NCBI GenBank assembly: GCA_036336835.1 | Contig: JAYZFK010000005.1 | Span: forward strand, 32,001 to 96,000 | DNA length: 64,000 nt | Origin: Myxococcota bacterium | GTDB lineage: Bacteria; Myxococcota_A; UBA9160; UBA4427 | Direction of reading: 5' to 3' | Notes under the pieces: model-generated | Seen by the model: the letters and a program-made list of their open reading frames with translations, nothing else | Databases searched by the model: none | Told to the model about the DNA's origin: nothing | Shown here: one piece after another, positions 31,340 through 40,782 of the stretch | Layout of the letters: each line of letters begins with the position of its first letter | Numbering within the stretch: the stretch's first letter is position 1 | Position numbers and translations under genes: made by a program

Positions 31340-31361
31340 CACGGGAAGCGGGCTGACGAGC

Positions 31362-31967
31362 TCACCGTCGCTCGAAGACCTGGAAGCTCTGGCGCTCGAG
31401 GTAGTCGAACTCGGTTTCTAGGGCGTAGCCGGCTGATTCCATTTCGGAGCGGATCGCCTCGGGCGGCGCCGAGTGGCGCTGGAAGAAACCCTCCGGCTTG
31501 TAGTCGATGATCGCGATGCGACCGTCCTCGGTGAGCGCAGCCGCAATGCGTTCGAAGTAGGTAACTCGATCTTCGATGTGATGATAGGTGTTCGAGGTGA
31601 ACACGAGGGAGACGCTCGCGGGCGCAAGCCGGGAATCGTCGTAGGCGGCTTGTACGACCTCGACGTTCGACGCGTTGCGCTCCTCGACGTCCACTCGCAG
31701 GGCCTCGTTCATGCCCTCGTCGACGTCGACGGCAAACACCCGACCGGTATGTCCGACGGCTCTCGCAAGGTGGAAGGTGAAGTAGCCGCCGCCGGAGCCC
31801 AGATCGGCGACCCGCTCGCCGGGCGCGATTGCGAGCGAGTCGATCACGCGCTCCGATTGCTGCCAGGAGGACCGATCGCCCCTTGCATACGCCCAGCGCT
31901 TGATGTCGGTGCAGCCGCTCGTCGCGACCACGGCTGCGAGCAGGACGAGCTTCCACGCTCGGCGCAT
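31362..31967 (-). CDS. Class I SAM methyltransferase with lipoprotein-type signal
   Basis: MRRAWKLVLLAAVVATSGC lipobox, WQQ, VADLGSGGGYF, AVDV, YHHI. Confidence 0.8.
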   Translation of the reverse strand: MRRAWKLVLLAAVVATSGCTDIKRWAYARGDRSSWQQSERVIDSLAIAPGERVADLGSGGGYFTFHLARAVGHTGRVFAVDVDEGMNEALRVDVEERNASNVEVVQAAYDDSRLAPASVSLVFTSNTYHHIEDRVTYFERIAAALTEDGRIAIIDYKPEGFFQRHSAPPEAIRSEMESAGYALETEFDYLERQSFQVFERR

Positions 31968-32036
31968 CGAGAACCCGGTCGTCAAGTGTCCCTCCCAGGG
32001 AAGCGGTGCGAGCATGACCCATTCGCCCCGCTCGGT

Positions 32037-32582
32037 TCAAGCGGGCTGTGCCTGCGCCGACTCTGTCGATCCCCAGGTCTGCTGCTCGATCGCGTAGACA
32101 TCGACGAGCTTGCCACGCACGTCGATCTGGCCGTCGAAGTGTTCGCCGAGCTTCTCGGCCACGCGGATCGAGGCCACATTGCCCGGCTGAATCAGGCTGA
32201 GCAGACGCGGCTCGGACAGGACGTCGAACGCGTGGTGCATTGCCGCCGCGGCACCCTCGGGCGCAAAGCCCTCACCCCAGCGTTCGCGGGCAACCAGCCA
32301 GCCGACTTCGAGACCGGGCCAGCCCTCCGGCCGGTACAGACCAATGCGCCCGATCAGCTCGCCGCTCGTCTTTTCCTCCGCGGCCCACAGCCCGTAGCCG
32401 CGGAGCGACCAGTGGCCGATCACCATCGCGAGACCGCGCCAGGCCTCGTCTCGCGTCATCGGCTTGCCATCGCCGATGAAGCGCATCGCCTCGACGTCGC
32501 CACACCAGCGCGCGTAGGTCTCGAAGTCATCGGCACCGAAGGCGCGCAGGCGCTCGGTCTCGAGGATCGGAACGGAGCTCAC
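32037..32582 (-). CDS. GNAT acetyltransferase (RimJ/RimL-like)
   Basis: LETERLR, GHW.LRGYG.W, PEGWP.LEVGW, N.ASIRVAEKLG. Confidence 0.88.
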   Translation of the reverse strand: MSSVPILETERLRAFGADDFETYARWCGDVEAMRFIGDGKPMTRDEAWRGLAMVIGHWSLRGYGLWAAEEKTSGELIGRIGLYRPEGWPGLEVGWLVARERWGEGFAPEGAAAAMHHAFDVLSEPRLLSLIQPGNVASIRVAEKLGEHFDGQIDVRGKLVDVYAIEQQTWGSTESAQAQPA

Positions 32583-33259
32583 GGTGTGTGCAGCTCGACG
32601 AAGCGGACGACGGCATCTGCGAGCTCGCTGCGAACCTCGCTCTCGCTGCGACCCGAGCGCTTGAGCACCTGGAACGAGTGGTCGCCACCCTCGACGACGT
32701 GTAGCGTCGCACTCGTTCCGAGCTCGGCGCACACCGGCTCGAGCCGGGACAGCTCGGCGAGCTTGTCGCGCGTACCCTGCAGAAACAGCATCGGCAGCCC
32801 CACGTCCTTCAGATGGTCGGCGCGCTCGCTGCCCGCCTTGCCCGCGGCGTGCAGCGGAAAGCCGAAGAACACGATCCCGCGCAGGCCCGGGAGACCCCCG
32901 TCGCTCGCCGCGGCCAGCGACGTCATGCGCCCCCCCATCGACTTGCCCCCGGCGAACAGCGGCAGTTCCGCTGCGAGATCGCGCGCGCGGGCCACGGCCG
33001 CGCGCACGGTCGCGAGCAGCAGCGCGCGTGGGCTCGGCGCCCGCCTCCCCCGCTCCATGTACGGGAACTGATAGCGCAGGGTCGCAATACCGCGCGTCGC
33101 GAGCTCGTCGCTGATCGACGCCATGAAAGCGTGCTGCATGCCGGCGCCCGCGCCGTGTGCGAAGACGAGCAGCGCGTGCTGGTGCTCGGCGCGCTGATAG
33201 AGCGCCGACACGTCCTGGTCTCGAATCTCGATGCGGAGCGGCTGCGTGCCAGGCGACAT
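32579..33259 (-). CDS. Alpha/beta hydrolase (KANL3/Tex30-like)
   Basis: [20 protein letters not shown] nucleophile, FPLH, QGTRD, GDHSF. Confidence 0.88.
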   Translation of the reverse strand: MSPGTQPLRIEIRDQDVSALYQRAEHQHALLVFAHGAGAGMQHAFMASISDELATRGIATLRYQFPYMERGRRAPSPRALLLATVRAAVARARDLAAELPLFAGGKSMGGRMTSLAAASDGGLPGLRGIVFFGFPLHAAGKAGSERADHLKDVGLPMLFLQGTRDKLAELSRLEPVCAELGTSATLHVVEGGDHSFQVLKRSGRSESEVRSELADAVVRFVELHTP

Positions 33260-33495
33260 CTGCGATCGAGCCTCCAGCTGCTCGAAACGGCACACGCGAG
33301 GTCGAGAGCGTTCGGGACGGCGGCGGAGGATCTTGCGCGAGAACGGGTCATCTGTCCAATCGGCGACCGCTTGCCTGAGCCACATCCGCGGTACTGCTCT
33401 GCGCAAGCTCTCTTCTCGACGCGCTCGCGCGCGTCGCTCACTTCGCAGGTGCCGTCGACCGAGTCGGTGACAATGGATCGGCCCGGCCCCGGACC

Positions 33496-33891
33496 TCAGT
33501 AGTCGTCGGTCCCGTAGATGACCTCCTCGTAGCCGTCTGCGGTTGCTGCCAGGAAGCGCACCGCGCCCTCGAACTCGTTCGCTCCCATCTCATCGAGGGC
33601 GAATGTCTCGGTCATCACGAGCATCTCCTCGCGGATTGCGAACGCGCCCCGCTCGAGGTCGGCGTTCTTGCGCAGCGCGACCTCCATCCGCGACGCGCCT
33701 AGCGTCTCGACGGTTCCGATGCGCGCCCACAGACGCACCCGCTCCTGGTCGCCGAGCTCGTACCGCTCCATGTCGATCAGCTGAGAGCGCCCGCCCGGCA
33801 GGGGAACGAGCACGCCACCCGGCAGCAGCTCCCAGAGCTGTTCCCGGCAGACGCGCTCCGACAGCCGCGCGAACGATTCGCTCCGACTCAC
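33496..33891 (-). CDS. YbjN / type III chaperone-like fold protein
   Basis: GGRSQ.I, ALRKN..L..GAFAI, A.TAD.YE..IYG.D.Y pattern. GTGA overlap with dapF. Confidence 0.6.
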   Translation of the reverse strand: MSRSESFARLSERVCREQLWELLPGGVLVPLPGGRSQLIDMERYELGDQERVRLWARIGTVETLGASRMEVALRKNADLERGAFAIREEMLVMTETFALDEMGANEFEGAVRFLAATADGYEEVIYGTDDY

Positions 33892-34787
33892 GATCCCACC
33901 TCCAACGGCTCGCGCCACACACCGTCGAACACTTCGACCGCCGGTCCGGTGAGCCACGCGGACGCGCCAGGGCCCGACCACGCGACGAGTAGCACGCCTC
34001 CGGGCAATTCGACCTCCACGCGTGCGTCGGTCCGATCGCACAGCCGCGCGGCGACCGCACAGGCGGTGGCACCGGTTCCGGACGCGAGCGTCTCGCCCTC
34101 GCCCCGCTCGTAGACCCGCGCCCGCAACCGGTCGCGGGCGACGACCCGAGCCACCTCGACATTGACTCGCTGCGGAAACAGCGGATGAGCCTGCAGGGCC
34201 GTGGCCACCTCGGCCAGCGCGAAATCGGCCGGCTCTTCCTCGGTCAATATGACCGCGTGCGGGTTGCCGAGGGAAAGGCCGGTGAAGACGACCTGCCGAC
34301 CGCCCACATCGAGAGCGAAGTCGACCAGGCGCTGCGCGCCGCCGGCGTGCGCGGGGTCCGCCGGTAGCGCGGCGAGCTCGAAGCGCGGCTCGTCCATCTC
34401 CACGCGCGCCGCGACCACGCGCCCGGCCTCGAATGTCGGGAAGACGCGCCGCAGGCCTCCGCCGGTCTCGACCTCGAGTGCACCGCCCTCGAGCGGCGCG
34501 AGCCCCCGATCGAGCACGAACTTGGCGAACAGCCGAATGCCGTTGCCACTCATCTCGGCCTCGGAACCGTCGGAGTTGAAGATGCGCATGCACACGGGCG
34601 CGAGCTGCGAGCGCTGCACAACGGCAATGCCGTCCGAGCCGACACCGAAGTGCGAATCGGTGATGCGCCGCGCGAGCACGGACCAGTCGAGCGCGAGCTC
34701 GCGACCATCGATCACGACATAGCCGTTGCCGGCAGCCTGGAGCTTCGCGAAGGGCAGCTCGATCATCTGCAGCTCCGACGCGGTCAC
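33888..34787 (-). CDS. dapF: Diaminopimelate epimerase family, Ser/Ser active-site variant
   Basis: GVGSDG, RIFNSDGSEAEMSGNGIR, GNPHAV, FP.RVNVE, YERGEGETLASGTGA, LPGG.L. Confidence 0.85.
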   Translation of the reverse strand: MTASELQMIELPFAKLQAAGNGYVVIDGRELALDWSVLARRITDSHFGVGSDGIAVVQRSQLAPVCMRIFNSDGSEAEMSGNGIRLFAKFVLDRGLAPLEGGALEVETGGGLRRVFPTFEAGRVVAARVEMDEPRFELAALPADPAHAGGAQRLVDFALDVGGRQVVFTGLSLGNPHAVILTEEEPADFALAEVATALQAHPLFPQRVNVEVARVVARDRLRARVYERGEGETLASGTGATACAVAARLCDRTDARVEVELPGGVLLVAWSGPGASAWLTGPAVEVFDGVWREPLEVGS

Positions 34788-34797
34788 CCCTCGCGCG

Positions 34798-34899
34798 TCA
34801 GCCGTCGCCGCCGAGGCGGCGGTGTTCGCTCAACAAACTCCAGGCGTAACCGAGCAGCACGATGGCCGTGATGCCGTAGGAGGCGATCAGGTAGCTCAC
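34798..34899 (-). CDS. ccmD: Heme exporter protein D-like small membrane protein (33 aa)
   Basis: Not in ORF track. MSYLIASYGITAIVLLGYAWSLLSEHRRLGGDG has the Y..aYg TM plus charged tail. GTGA overlap directly after ccmC. Confidence 0.75.
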   Translation of the reverse strand: MSYLIASYGITAIVLLGYAWSLLSEHRRLGGDG

Positions 34900-35603
34900 G
34901 GGCCCCCCCGATCGATTGCCTGGGCCGTCCGCCCGCGCAGCGTCTCGACCTCGAAGCGAAGCAGCAGCAACCACGCGAAGGCCGTGAACATCGCTACTTG
35001 GCCCATCCGGAAGGGCAGCCCCATCCCGTCGCCGAGGCTGCCGCGCTCGATGTTGTCGGGATGGATCGAGCGGTTGTCGAAGATCTCGATCACATAGTAG
35101 TTGAGCGGGATGAGCAGCACGCCAACGATCCCGTAGACCGCGGCAAAGCGAGCCGTTCGCGCGCCTCCTTCGCCAAAGCTACGCAGCACCGCGTACGCCA
35201 GATAGATGAACCACAACAGCAGCGTCACAGTGAGGCGGGGATCCCAGCTCCACCACTTGCCCCAGGTGCCCTTTGCCCAGATCGGGCCCGTGATCATCAT
35301 CAGCGTGCAGAACACGATGCCGACCTCGGCGGCCGCTCTGGCGAATCGGTCCCAGTCCTCGCGCTCGCGCCACAGATAGATCGCGCCACCGATACCGGTG
35401 AACACGAAGCCCAGATAGGCGCCGTAGGCAAGCGGCGGGTGGACGTACAAGATCTTCTGGATCACGCCCTGCACCGCGTCGATCGGTGCCCGTACCACCG
35501 CCCAGGCGTACACCGCCAGCAGGGCGAGCAGCACCCAGCCAAGCGGTCGCCGCGTGCGGGCCGCGAAGCGTTCCAGCCCGGTCTGCGAAGCGTCCGAACT
35601 CAT
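34896..35603 (-). CDS. ccmC: Cytochrome c biogenesis heme exporter CcmC
   Basis: QG.IQKILYVH.P, TGPIWAK.TWG.WWSWDPRLT (WWD domain), SIHP. Confidence 0.92.
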   Translation of the reverse strand: MSSDASQTGLERFAARTRRPLGWVLLALLAVYAWAVVRAPIDAVQGVIQKILYVHPPLAYGAYLGFVFTGIGGAIYLWREREDWDRFARAAAEVGIVFCTLMMITGPIWAKGTWGKWWSWDPRLTVTLLLWFIYLAYAVLRSFGEGGARTARFAAVYGIVGVLLIPLNYYVIEIFDNRSIHPDNIERGSLGDGMGLPFRMGQVAMFTAFAWLLLLRFEVETLRGRTAQAIDRGGP

Positions 35604-35642
35604 CGTGAGAGGCCCCCCCCGGATCGACCTCGATCGAGGGAG

Positions 35643-36098
35643 CTAGTACCCGCTGGACAGCTGCCCCAGCGGCCGGTTCCAGAGGTACTCCCCAGGATCC
35701 TGGATGCAGATCTGCAGCGCGGCCTGCATGTTGCCCCTGTCGAAATACCATCCGTCGCCAACGAGATAGTCCCAGCTGGACTTGAGCCCGCCCGCCAGAC
35801 CCAGGATCGGTATGGCGGCGGTGAAGAACACTGCCCCGATGATCGTGTCGTTCAGCGCGAACGGACGGGCCAGCAAGATGTCGACCGGAACGTAGAACGT
35901 CCAGTGGAGAATCCCCTTCTTCTCAACCTCCTCCTTCTCGGTGTAGTCGTCCTTGAGGAAGTCGTCGGACGAATAATCGTCGGAGAGGAAGTCGTCGCCG
36001 TCCTCGGCAAAGGACGCGGCGGGCGCGAGAGTCAGGGCGAGCACGAGCACGATTGCCATCGACCTGGCGAGCCCGTCACGAGTAGGGGGGAGGCGCAT
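35643..36098 (-). CDS. Exported/membrane hypothetical protein
   Basis: AGGAG RBS, signal peptide, DILLARP...RPLG pattern. Confidence 0.65.
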   Translation of the reverse strand: MRLPPTRDGLARSMAIVLVLALTLAPAASFAEDGDDFLSDDYSSDDFLKDDYTEKEEVEKKGILHWTFYVPVDILLARPFALNDTIIGAVFFTAAIPILGLAGGLKSSWDYLVGDGWYFDRGNMQAALQICIQDPGEYLWNRPLGQLSSGY

Positions 36099-36325
36099 TC
36101 TCGGAATCTCCTGGAGATGAGGCGAGCCTCGATCCTAGCACGGCGACCGAGACAAGAGCGCTCCGAGTGGGCGCCCGCTCGACGCGCGTCAACCAATTGG
36201 CCGCTCAACGCCGAGCGATACCGCCGCTCGATCCCTGCCGCACCCAACACGGCTGCGAGACGCGCTGCCACGAGGGACGAATCACCGCTCGCGACCTCGC
36301 TCCCACGCCGGGGACGCGGCACCCA

Positions 36326-36940
36326 CTAGCCGGGGAGCGGCCGAACCGACGCGGCCGAGCGGTGCGCAAATCGCTGCCACATCCGCAGCACAAACGTCGC
36401 GATCAGCAGCAGCGAGAGCGGCGCATAACGCACATCCTGTTCGACCGCGGCACTGGTGTAGTTGAACGCGAGCACGACCCACAGCAACCAGGCGCCCGAG
36501 GTGTGGAGGATCTTCCAGCCACGGCGTCCGATCATCGCAGCCGTGCGATCGAACGACGTCAGCGTCATCCCCGCGAGCAGCAGGTAGGCGACCCCTCCAC
36601 CGTACAGTGTGATCGCATCCACTCCACCCTCGAAGTAGGCCGGGAACGCGACCGCGAGCACGCCCAGCGCAGCCAGGTGGGTGAAATGCATCACGGCGAA
36701 CGACAGGCCGACGTAGCGGCGATTGCGCAGCAGCCACTTCGTCGCGTCGTTCGCCACGAGCTGCCGCAGCGGACGCGCGGCGAACGCGGCCGAGAACGAC
36801 ACCGCTCCCAGTCGTACGCTCCAGCGGACGACCTCGCGCGCGGCCTCTTCGCTCGCTCCAAAGAGCGCCAGCAGGATCACCACCAGCGTTCCCATCGCGG
36901 CCACCGCCCAGCCAGTGATCACCCAGCCTTCGAAGCGCAT
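36326..36940 (-). CDS. Ferric-reductase-like transmembrane protein (MsrQ-like)
   Basis: RNRRYVGLSFA.MH..H, TS, WKILH. About 6 TM helices. Confidence 0.75.
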   Translation of the reverse strand: MRFEGWVITGWAVAAMGTLVVILLALFGASEEAAREVVRWSVRLGAVSFSAAFAARPLRQLVANDATKWLLRNRRYVGLSFAVMHFTHLAALGVLAVAFPAYFEGGVDAITLYGGGVAYLLLAGMTLTSFDRTAAMIGRRGWKILHTSGAWLLWVVLAFNYTSAAVEQDVRYAPLSLLLIATFVLRMWQRFAHRSAASVRPLPG

Positions 36941-37057
36941 GCTCGTTGCTCCTCACCCCAGGTGCACGCGCTCGGAGCATGCCACTCTCCGCTACCTGGC
37001 GCTCTGGGCTCTACCGATCTCCCCGTCGACCGGCGAGATCACGTCGAGCGACGACCG

Positions 37058-37648
37058 TCACCGGATGGTGTGGGATCCCCGGTAGCCGCGCAGCCGCCGA
37101 CGCTGCAAGGCCAGCGAGATCCGCCGCACGGTGCGCTCGATCAACGGCATTCGCTGCCGCGAGACGATCTCGCCCCCGCGCAGCACGGTCGTCCGCTCGC
37201 CCTCGATCCGGTGTTCCTCCCCGTCCGGGAGCAGCACTCGATAGGGACGGTCTGCATTCATTGCGTCGTCCGCACAGGTGATGCGGACCTCCATCGTCTC
37301 GCGATGAGACCGGGCAATCTCCTGGAGCCTCGGCGATGCGTCGAAGGCGCCGGCCCGCGCCTCGCGAATCGAAAGCAGTGGCAGCCCAGCCCGCAGCGAC
37401 ACGTCGAGCACGGCACCCACCCGATCCGGCCGGTCCGCGTCCTCGTACTGCCCACGCAGCCACGCGCAGCGGTAGTCACCGCACAGATTGGGACGCTCCG
37501 GCAGCCCGTGGATCGCACACGGGGCGTGCGACCCCTCCCGCTGATGGATACAGGGCACACCACCCAGCTTGCGCAGCGGGTCAACGCGCAACACCGTGCA
37601 GCACAGCGAGCAACTCCCGCAGCTGCGCTCCGTCCGCCCGTCACTCAT
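37058..37648 (-). CDS. Cysteine-cluster protein (YkgJ/CxxCxxCC-like)
   Basis: CGSCSLCC, CIH, CAIH..RP.LC..Y.CAWL, RPDR.G. Confidence 0.75.
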   Translation of the reverse strand: MSDGRTERSCGSCSLCCTVLRVDPLRKLGGVPCIHQREGSHAPCAIHGLPERPNLCGDYRCAWLRGQYEDADRPDRVGAVLDVSLRAGLPLLSIREARAGAFDASPRLQEIARSHRETMEVRITCADDAMNADRPYRVLLPDGEEHRIEGERTTVLRGGEIVSRQRMPLIERTVRRISLALQRRRLRGYRGSHTIR

Positions 37649-37767
37649 CACTCGGAGATAGCGCAACTGGCCGGCAGACCGGCAGGCCGGCGGCCAGACA
37701 CCGGCAGGGCGGAGCCAGTAGCTGGTCGCGGCTACAGCCGGAAGGCGACCGGGCCGATCGAGGACGC

Positions 37768-38064
37768 ATGAGAAGCGCGATCCTCGCTGTGTGCACGCTC
37801 TGTCTGGCCGCCGCGCTCGGATGCAGCGTGCTGGAAGAGATCGACGGCGCGCACTCGGCGATGGGCATCGGAGACGAGAAGCTCGAGGGGAGTACTGCCA
37901 AGGCCGAGGTGCCCGAGAAGCGGGGCATCGACTGGAGCGTCTCGCGCAGCATCAACACCGGCCAGGTCGACCCGAGCATCGTCAGCTGCAGGCTCGCTGG
38001 CGCGACGCAGTTCATGCGCAAGGACGACTGTCTGACGCGCGGCGGCACACCGAGCGCCCTCTGA
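37768..38064 (+). CDS. Small hypothetical lipoprotein
   Basis: GAGGA RBS, lipobox ALGC, C-terminal C...C pair. Confidence 0.65.
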   Translation: MRSAILAVCTLCLAAALGCSVLEEIDGAHSAMGIGDEKLEGSTAKAEVPEKRGIDWSVSRSINTGQVDPSIVSCRLAGATQFMRKDDCLTRGGTPSAL

Positions 38065-38071
38065 GCACCGC

Positions 38072-38836
38072 CTACTCCTGCGCCTCCCCCGCGTGGTCGA
38101 AGCGCCCGTGCCGCACGAAGTGGATGGCCTGACGCGCCACCTCGCGGTCGTACATCATGAAGCTGTGCGGCGCAGGCAGGACCAGGAAGTCACGCATCCC
38201 GAGGAGCTTCGCGCTCTCCACGGATACGGTGCCGTCGTCGGGTCCGTCGAGGATCCACGAGCCGAGCGGATTGAAGCTTCGGTCGCCTGCGATCACGCCG
38301 AGCTCGAACGTCACTGGGCCCAGCTCGTTGAGGCGGCTCGGCGCGCTGTCGGGACCGGTGCCGAGCGCGCGACCAGTCGGGCCGAGCAGCCGCGACGCCG
38401 GGCCCAGCCGATCGACCAGCTCACTGCCGTGATTGGGCGGGCTCAACATCACGATGCGCCCCAGTCGCGCCGGCGCCTCACGCGCAATCCAGGCCCGCAG
38501 CACGATACCGCCTAGCGAATGGGTCACAAAGTGGAGTGTCTCGGCATCGCCGCAACACGCAGAGAGCGCGCGGTCAAACTCATCGACGATCTCGTCGAGC
38601 GACTTCGACCTCGAGTGGTAGCCGAGCGCCTCGCTCGCCAGGCCTTCCTCCTCGAAGCGACGCTCGAGCCGCCGCATCGCGCGGTCCGAGCGCCCGAGGC
38701 CGTGCAGCAGCACGACGCGAGCTCCAGCCTCGTCCCCAACGGAGTCCGCGACCGGAGCGGAAGCCACGATCTCGCTCGCACTGGCATCCAGCTCGGCCAT
38801 CAGCAGCGCGATAGTGATCAGCGTCGCGAGCTTCAT
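38072..38836 (-). CDS. Alpha/beta hydrolase (lipase/esterase-like), exported
   Basis: VLLHGLGR, VTHSLGG, PPNHGS, DDG.V, HSF. Confidence 0.88.
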   Translation of the reverse strand: MKLATLITIALLMAELDASASEIVASAPVADSVGDEAGARVVLLHGLGRSDRAMRRLERRFEEEGLASEALGYHSRSKSLDEIVDEFDRALSACCGDAETLHFVTHSLGGIVLRAWIAREAPARLGRIVMLSPPNHGSELVDRLGPASRLLGPTGRALGTGPDSAPSRLNELGPVTFELGVIAGDRSFNPLGSWILDGPDDGTVSVESAKLLGMRDFLVLPAPHSFMMYDREVARQAIHFVRHGRFDHAGEAQE

Positions 38837-39408
38837 GCGACGGCGCCCTCTTTGGCGCGGGCGACGTAGAGGACGGTATCGCGCGGCGAACCATCGGGAT
38901 GCGTCCCGTCCTGCACGATCGTACGCTCGCAGCGAAAACCGGCCAGCTCGGCGACGCGGCGGCTGCGTCGATTTCGGGTGCTGGTGCGAATCTCGACGCG
39001 TCGCGCCGCGAAGCGCTCGAAGCACAGGTCAGTGAGGCGCTCGACGAACTCGGTGACGTAGCCGTTGCCGGCGAGCGAGGTCCTGACCCAGTAGCCGATC
39101 TCGAAGCATCGACGATCCCAGCACAGGCGCGGCAACCCCCCGGCCCCGACGAGCACCCCGTCGCTCTTGCGCCGCAGCAGCCAGGTCGCCTCCTCGCCGC
39201 ACTCGTGCCGGGTCCGGCGGGCGCTCATGATCTCGCGCTCGACCGCGAGGCTGGGCACCTCCTGGGCCCAGTCCATCCAGCGGTGGAGGGCCTCGAACGA
39301 CTCGGCCACCGCCGCGCACATCTCCTCCGCGTCGCTGCGTCGCGGCGCGCACAGTCGCAGACGCTCGGTCTCGAGTTGATTGGGAAACTGTGCCGGCTCG
39401 ATCGGCAT
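38833..39408 (-). CDS. GNAT acetyltransferase (RimJ/RimL-like)
   Basis: ETERL.L, WMDWA, FEIGYW, GNGYVTE, N.RS.RVAE.AGF. Confidence 0.88.
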   Translation of the reverse strand: MPIEPAQFPNQLETERLRLCAPRRSDAEEMCAAVAESFEALHRWMDWAQEVPSLAVEREIMSARRTRHECGEEATWLLRRKSDGVLVGAGGLPRLCWDRRCFEIGYWVRTSLAGNGYVTEFVERLTDLCFERFAARRVEIRTSTRNRRSRRVAELAGFRCERTIVQDGTHPDGSPRDTVLYVARAKEGAVA

Positions 39409-39458
39409 GGGGCCCTCGCGGCGGAAACGGCGCGCGGTCCGAGCTTAGCTCCAGGCGA

Positions 39459-40178
39459 TCAGCGGCAGTGCAGCAGCGCCCACTCCCCGCTCATCGGGTG
39501 CAGCTCCCAGGGGTAGCGGTCGGCTGGCACGCGCGCCCAGACGAGCTCGCCCGCCCGGCGCCAGCCGTCGACCACCAACCCCTGCTCGAGGTCGCGCCCG
39601 CTCGGAGCCAGCAGTACGCTGCTGTGCTCGCGCAAGCGACTCCCGTACCGGGCCACCACCCAGTGGACGTCGAGCGTCCGAAGCTCGAGACCGAGCAGGC
39701 CCGCGATCAGGTCCTCGGCGAAGTGGCAGCACAGCCCGCGCTCTCGCAGCCCGAGGTGTACGAACAGATTGTGCAGCTGCGCCGGCCGGATCATTCGATA
39801 GTCCGACCGGAGCTGCTCGGCTCGCGTCACGAGCCAGTGCGCCGCGCGGTATGCCTCGTCGCGCGCGACCGGTCGACCGAGATCCTCGATGGCACTGGCG
39901 AGCGCACTGATCCGGTGGGGATCGCGAAGCGGCGGCGCGCCGCCACGCGGCCCGGCACAGGCACCGAGCAACGCGATGACCAGCCAGGCGGCGAGGTGCC
40001 GGACCCAGATGACTCGTCGACCCTCGTTGCGAGCGACCAGAGAGCGTCTCGGCTTCGCAGCCCCCGGACTACGGCGTCCGAGCACGCGAGCCGGCGTGCC
40101 GAGCGAGGCCGCAAAGACAAGGTGCCTTCTGCGTCTGCAGCAGCGGGCTGGATGAATCGTGCAGGCTCTATCGGACAC
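39459..40178 (-). CDS. Hypothetical lipoprotein (Cys/His/Asp pattern of transglutaminase-like folds)
   Basis: LLGAC lipobox, HN..V.LG.RERGLC.H.A.D, EHS, DGWR..G.L. Start uncertain, probably downstream of 40178. Confidence 0.6.
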   Translation of the reverse strand: MSDRACTIHPARCCRRRRHLVFAASLGTPARVLGRRSPGAAKPRRSLVARNEGRRVIWVRHLAAWLVIALLGACAGPRGGAPPLRDPHRISALASAIEDLGRPVARDEAYRAAHWLVTRAEQLRSDYRMIRPAQLHNLFVHLGLRERGLCCHFAEDLIAGLLGLELRTLDVHWVVARYGSRLREHSSVLLAPSGRDLEQGLVVDGWRRAGELVWARVPADRYPWELHPMSGEWALLHCR

Positions 40179-40782
40179 GGACAGAGAAGGTGTCGCCGGC
40201 CGGTCGCAGGCGCTCGAGGAAGCCGTCGAGCGGCGCCGGCTCCGCGACGTCGCGGCCGGGGTCGTAGTCGTCCGACCAGAATTCCTTCCAGCTCGGCCAG
40301 AAGTCCTCCCAGCCCCCGTCGTAGGGCTCGCGGCCCGGCCAGCGCATCTTCGAATCGCCGATCGGCGGCTGGTTCAGATCCGTCGCGTACCAGTAGAGCG
40401 GCAGCCGCCGGCGGAAGTACCAGCCACCCTCGATGCGCGCGTAGCGGTCCCAGTACATCATGGTCATGATCACCCACGCGTCGCCGGTCTCGTGCTCGTT
40501 GCGGCTGTAGACCAGGCCGCGCGCCGCGTCGGGACTGTCGAACTCGATGACGTGATTGCCGGTGACGTGCGCGGTGCCCGTAAACTGGACGCGCAGGGTC
40601 TGATCGAACCACTTCTTGAGCTCGGCGCGCCCGCTGCGCCCGCTGCCGACGCGGACGTCTTCCACGAACAGGCCAACCAGTGCATCGAGGTCTCGCGCGT
40701 CGAGCGAGAGACAGTATTTCGCGACGAGCTGACGGATCTCGTCGAGAGATTCGAGCCGCTCGATTCGCGCTTCCAGACTCAT
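40168..40782 (-). CDS. SnoaL/NTF2-like protein
   Basis: RLESLDEIRQL..KY...LD.RD, H..GNH.IEF, YWDRY. Confidence 0.85.
   Translation of the reverse strand: MSLEARIERLESLDEIRQLVAKYCLSLDARDLDALVGLFVEDVRVGSGRSGRAELKKWFDQTLRVQFTGTAHVTGNHVIEFDSPDAARGLVYSRNEHETGDAWVIMTMMYWDRYARIEGGWYFRRRLPLYWYATDLNQPPIGDSKMRWPGREPYDGGWEDFWPSWKEFWSDDYDPGRDVAEPAPLDGFLERLRPAGDTFSVRVR

Noticed and set aside
33260..33495. Intergenic gap checked for small or recoded ORFs
   Set aside because: No frame gave a recognisable protein or RBS-supported start.
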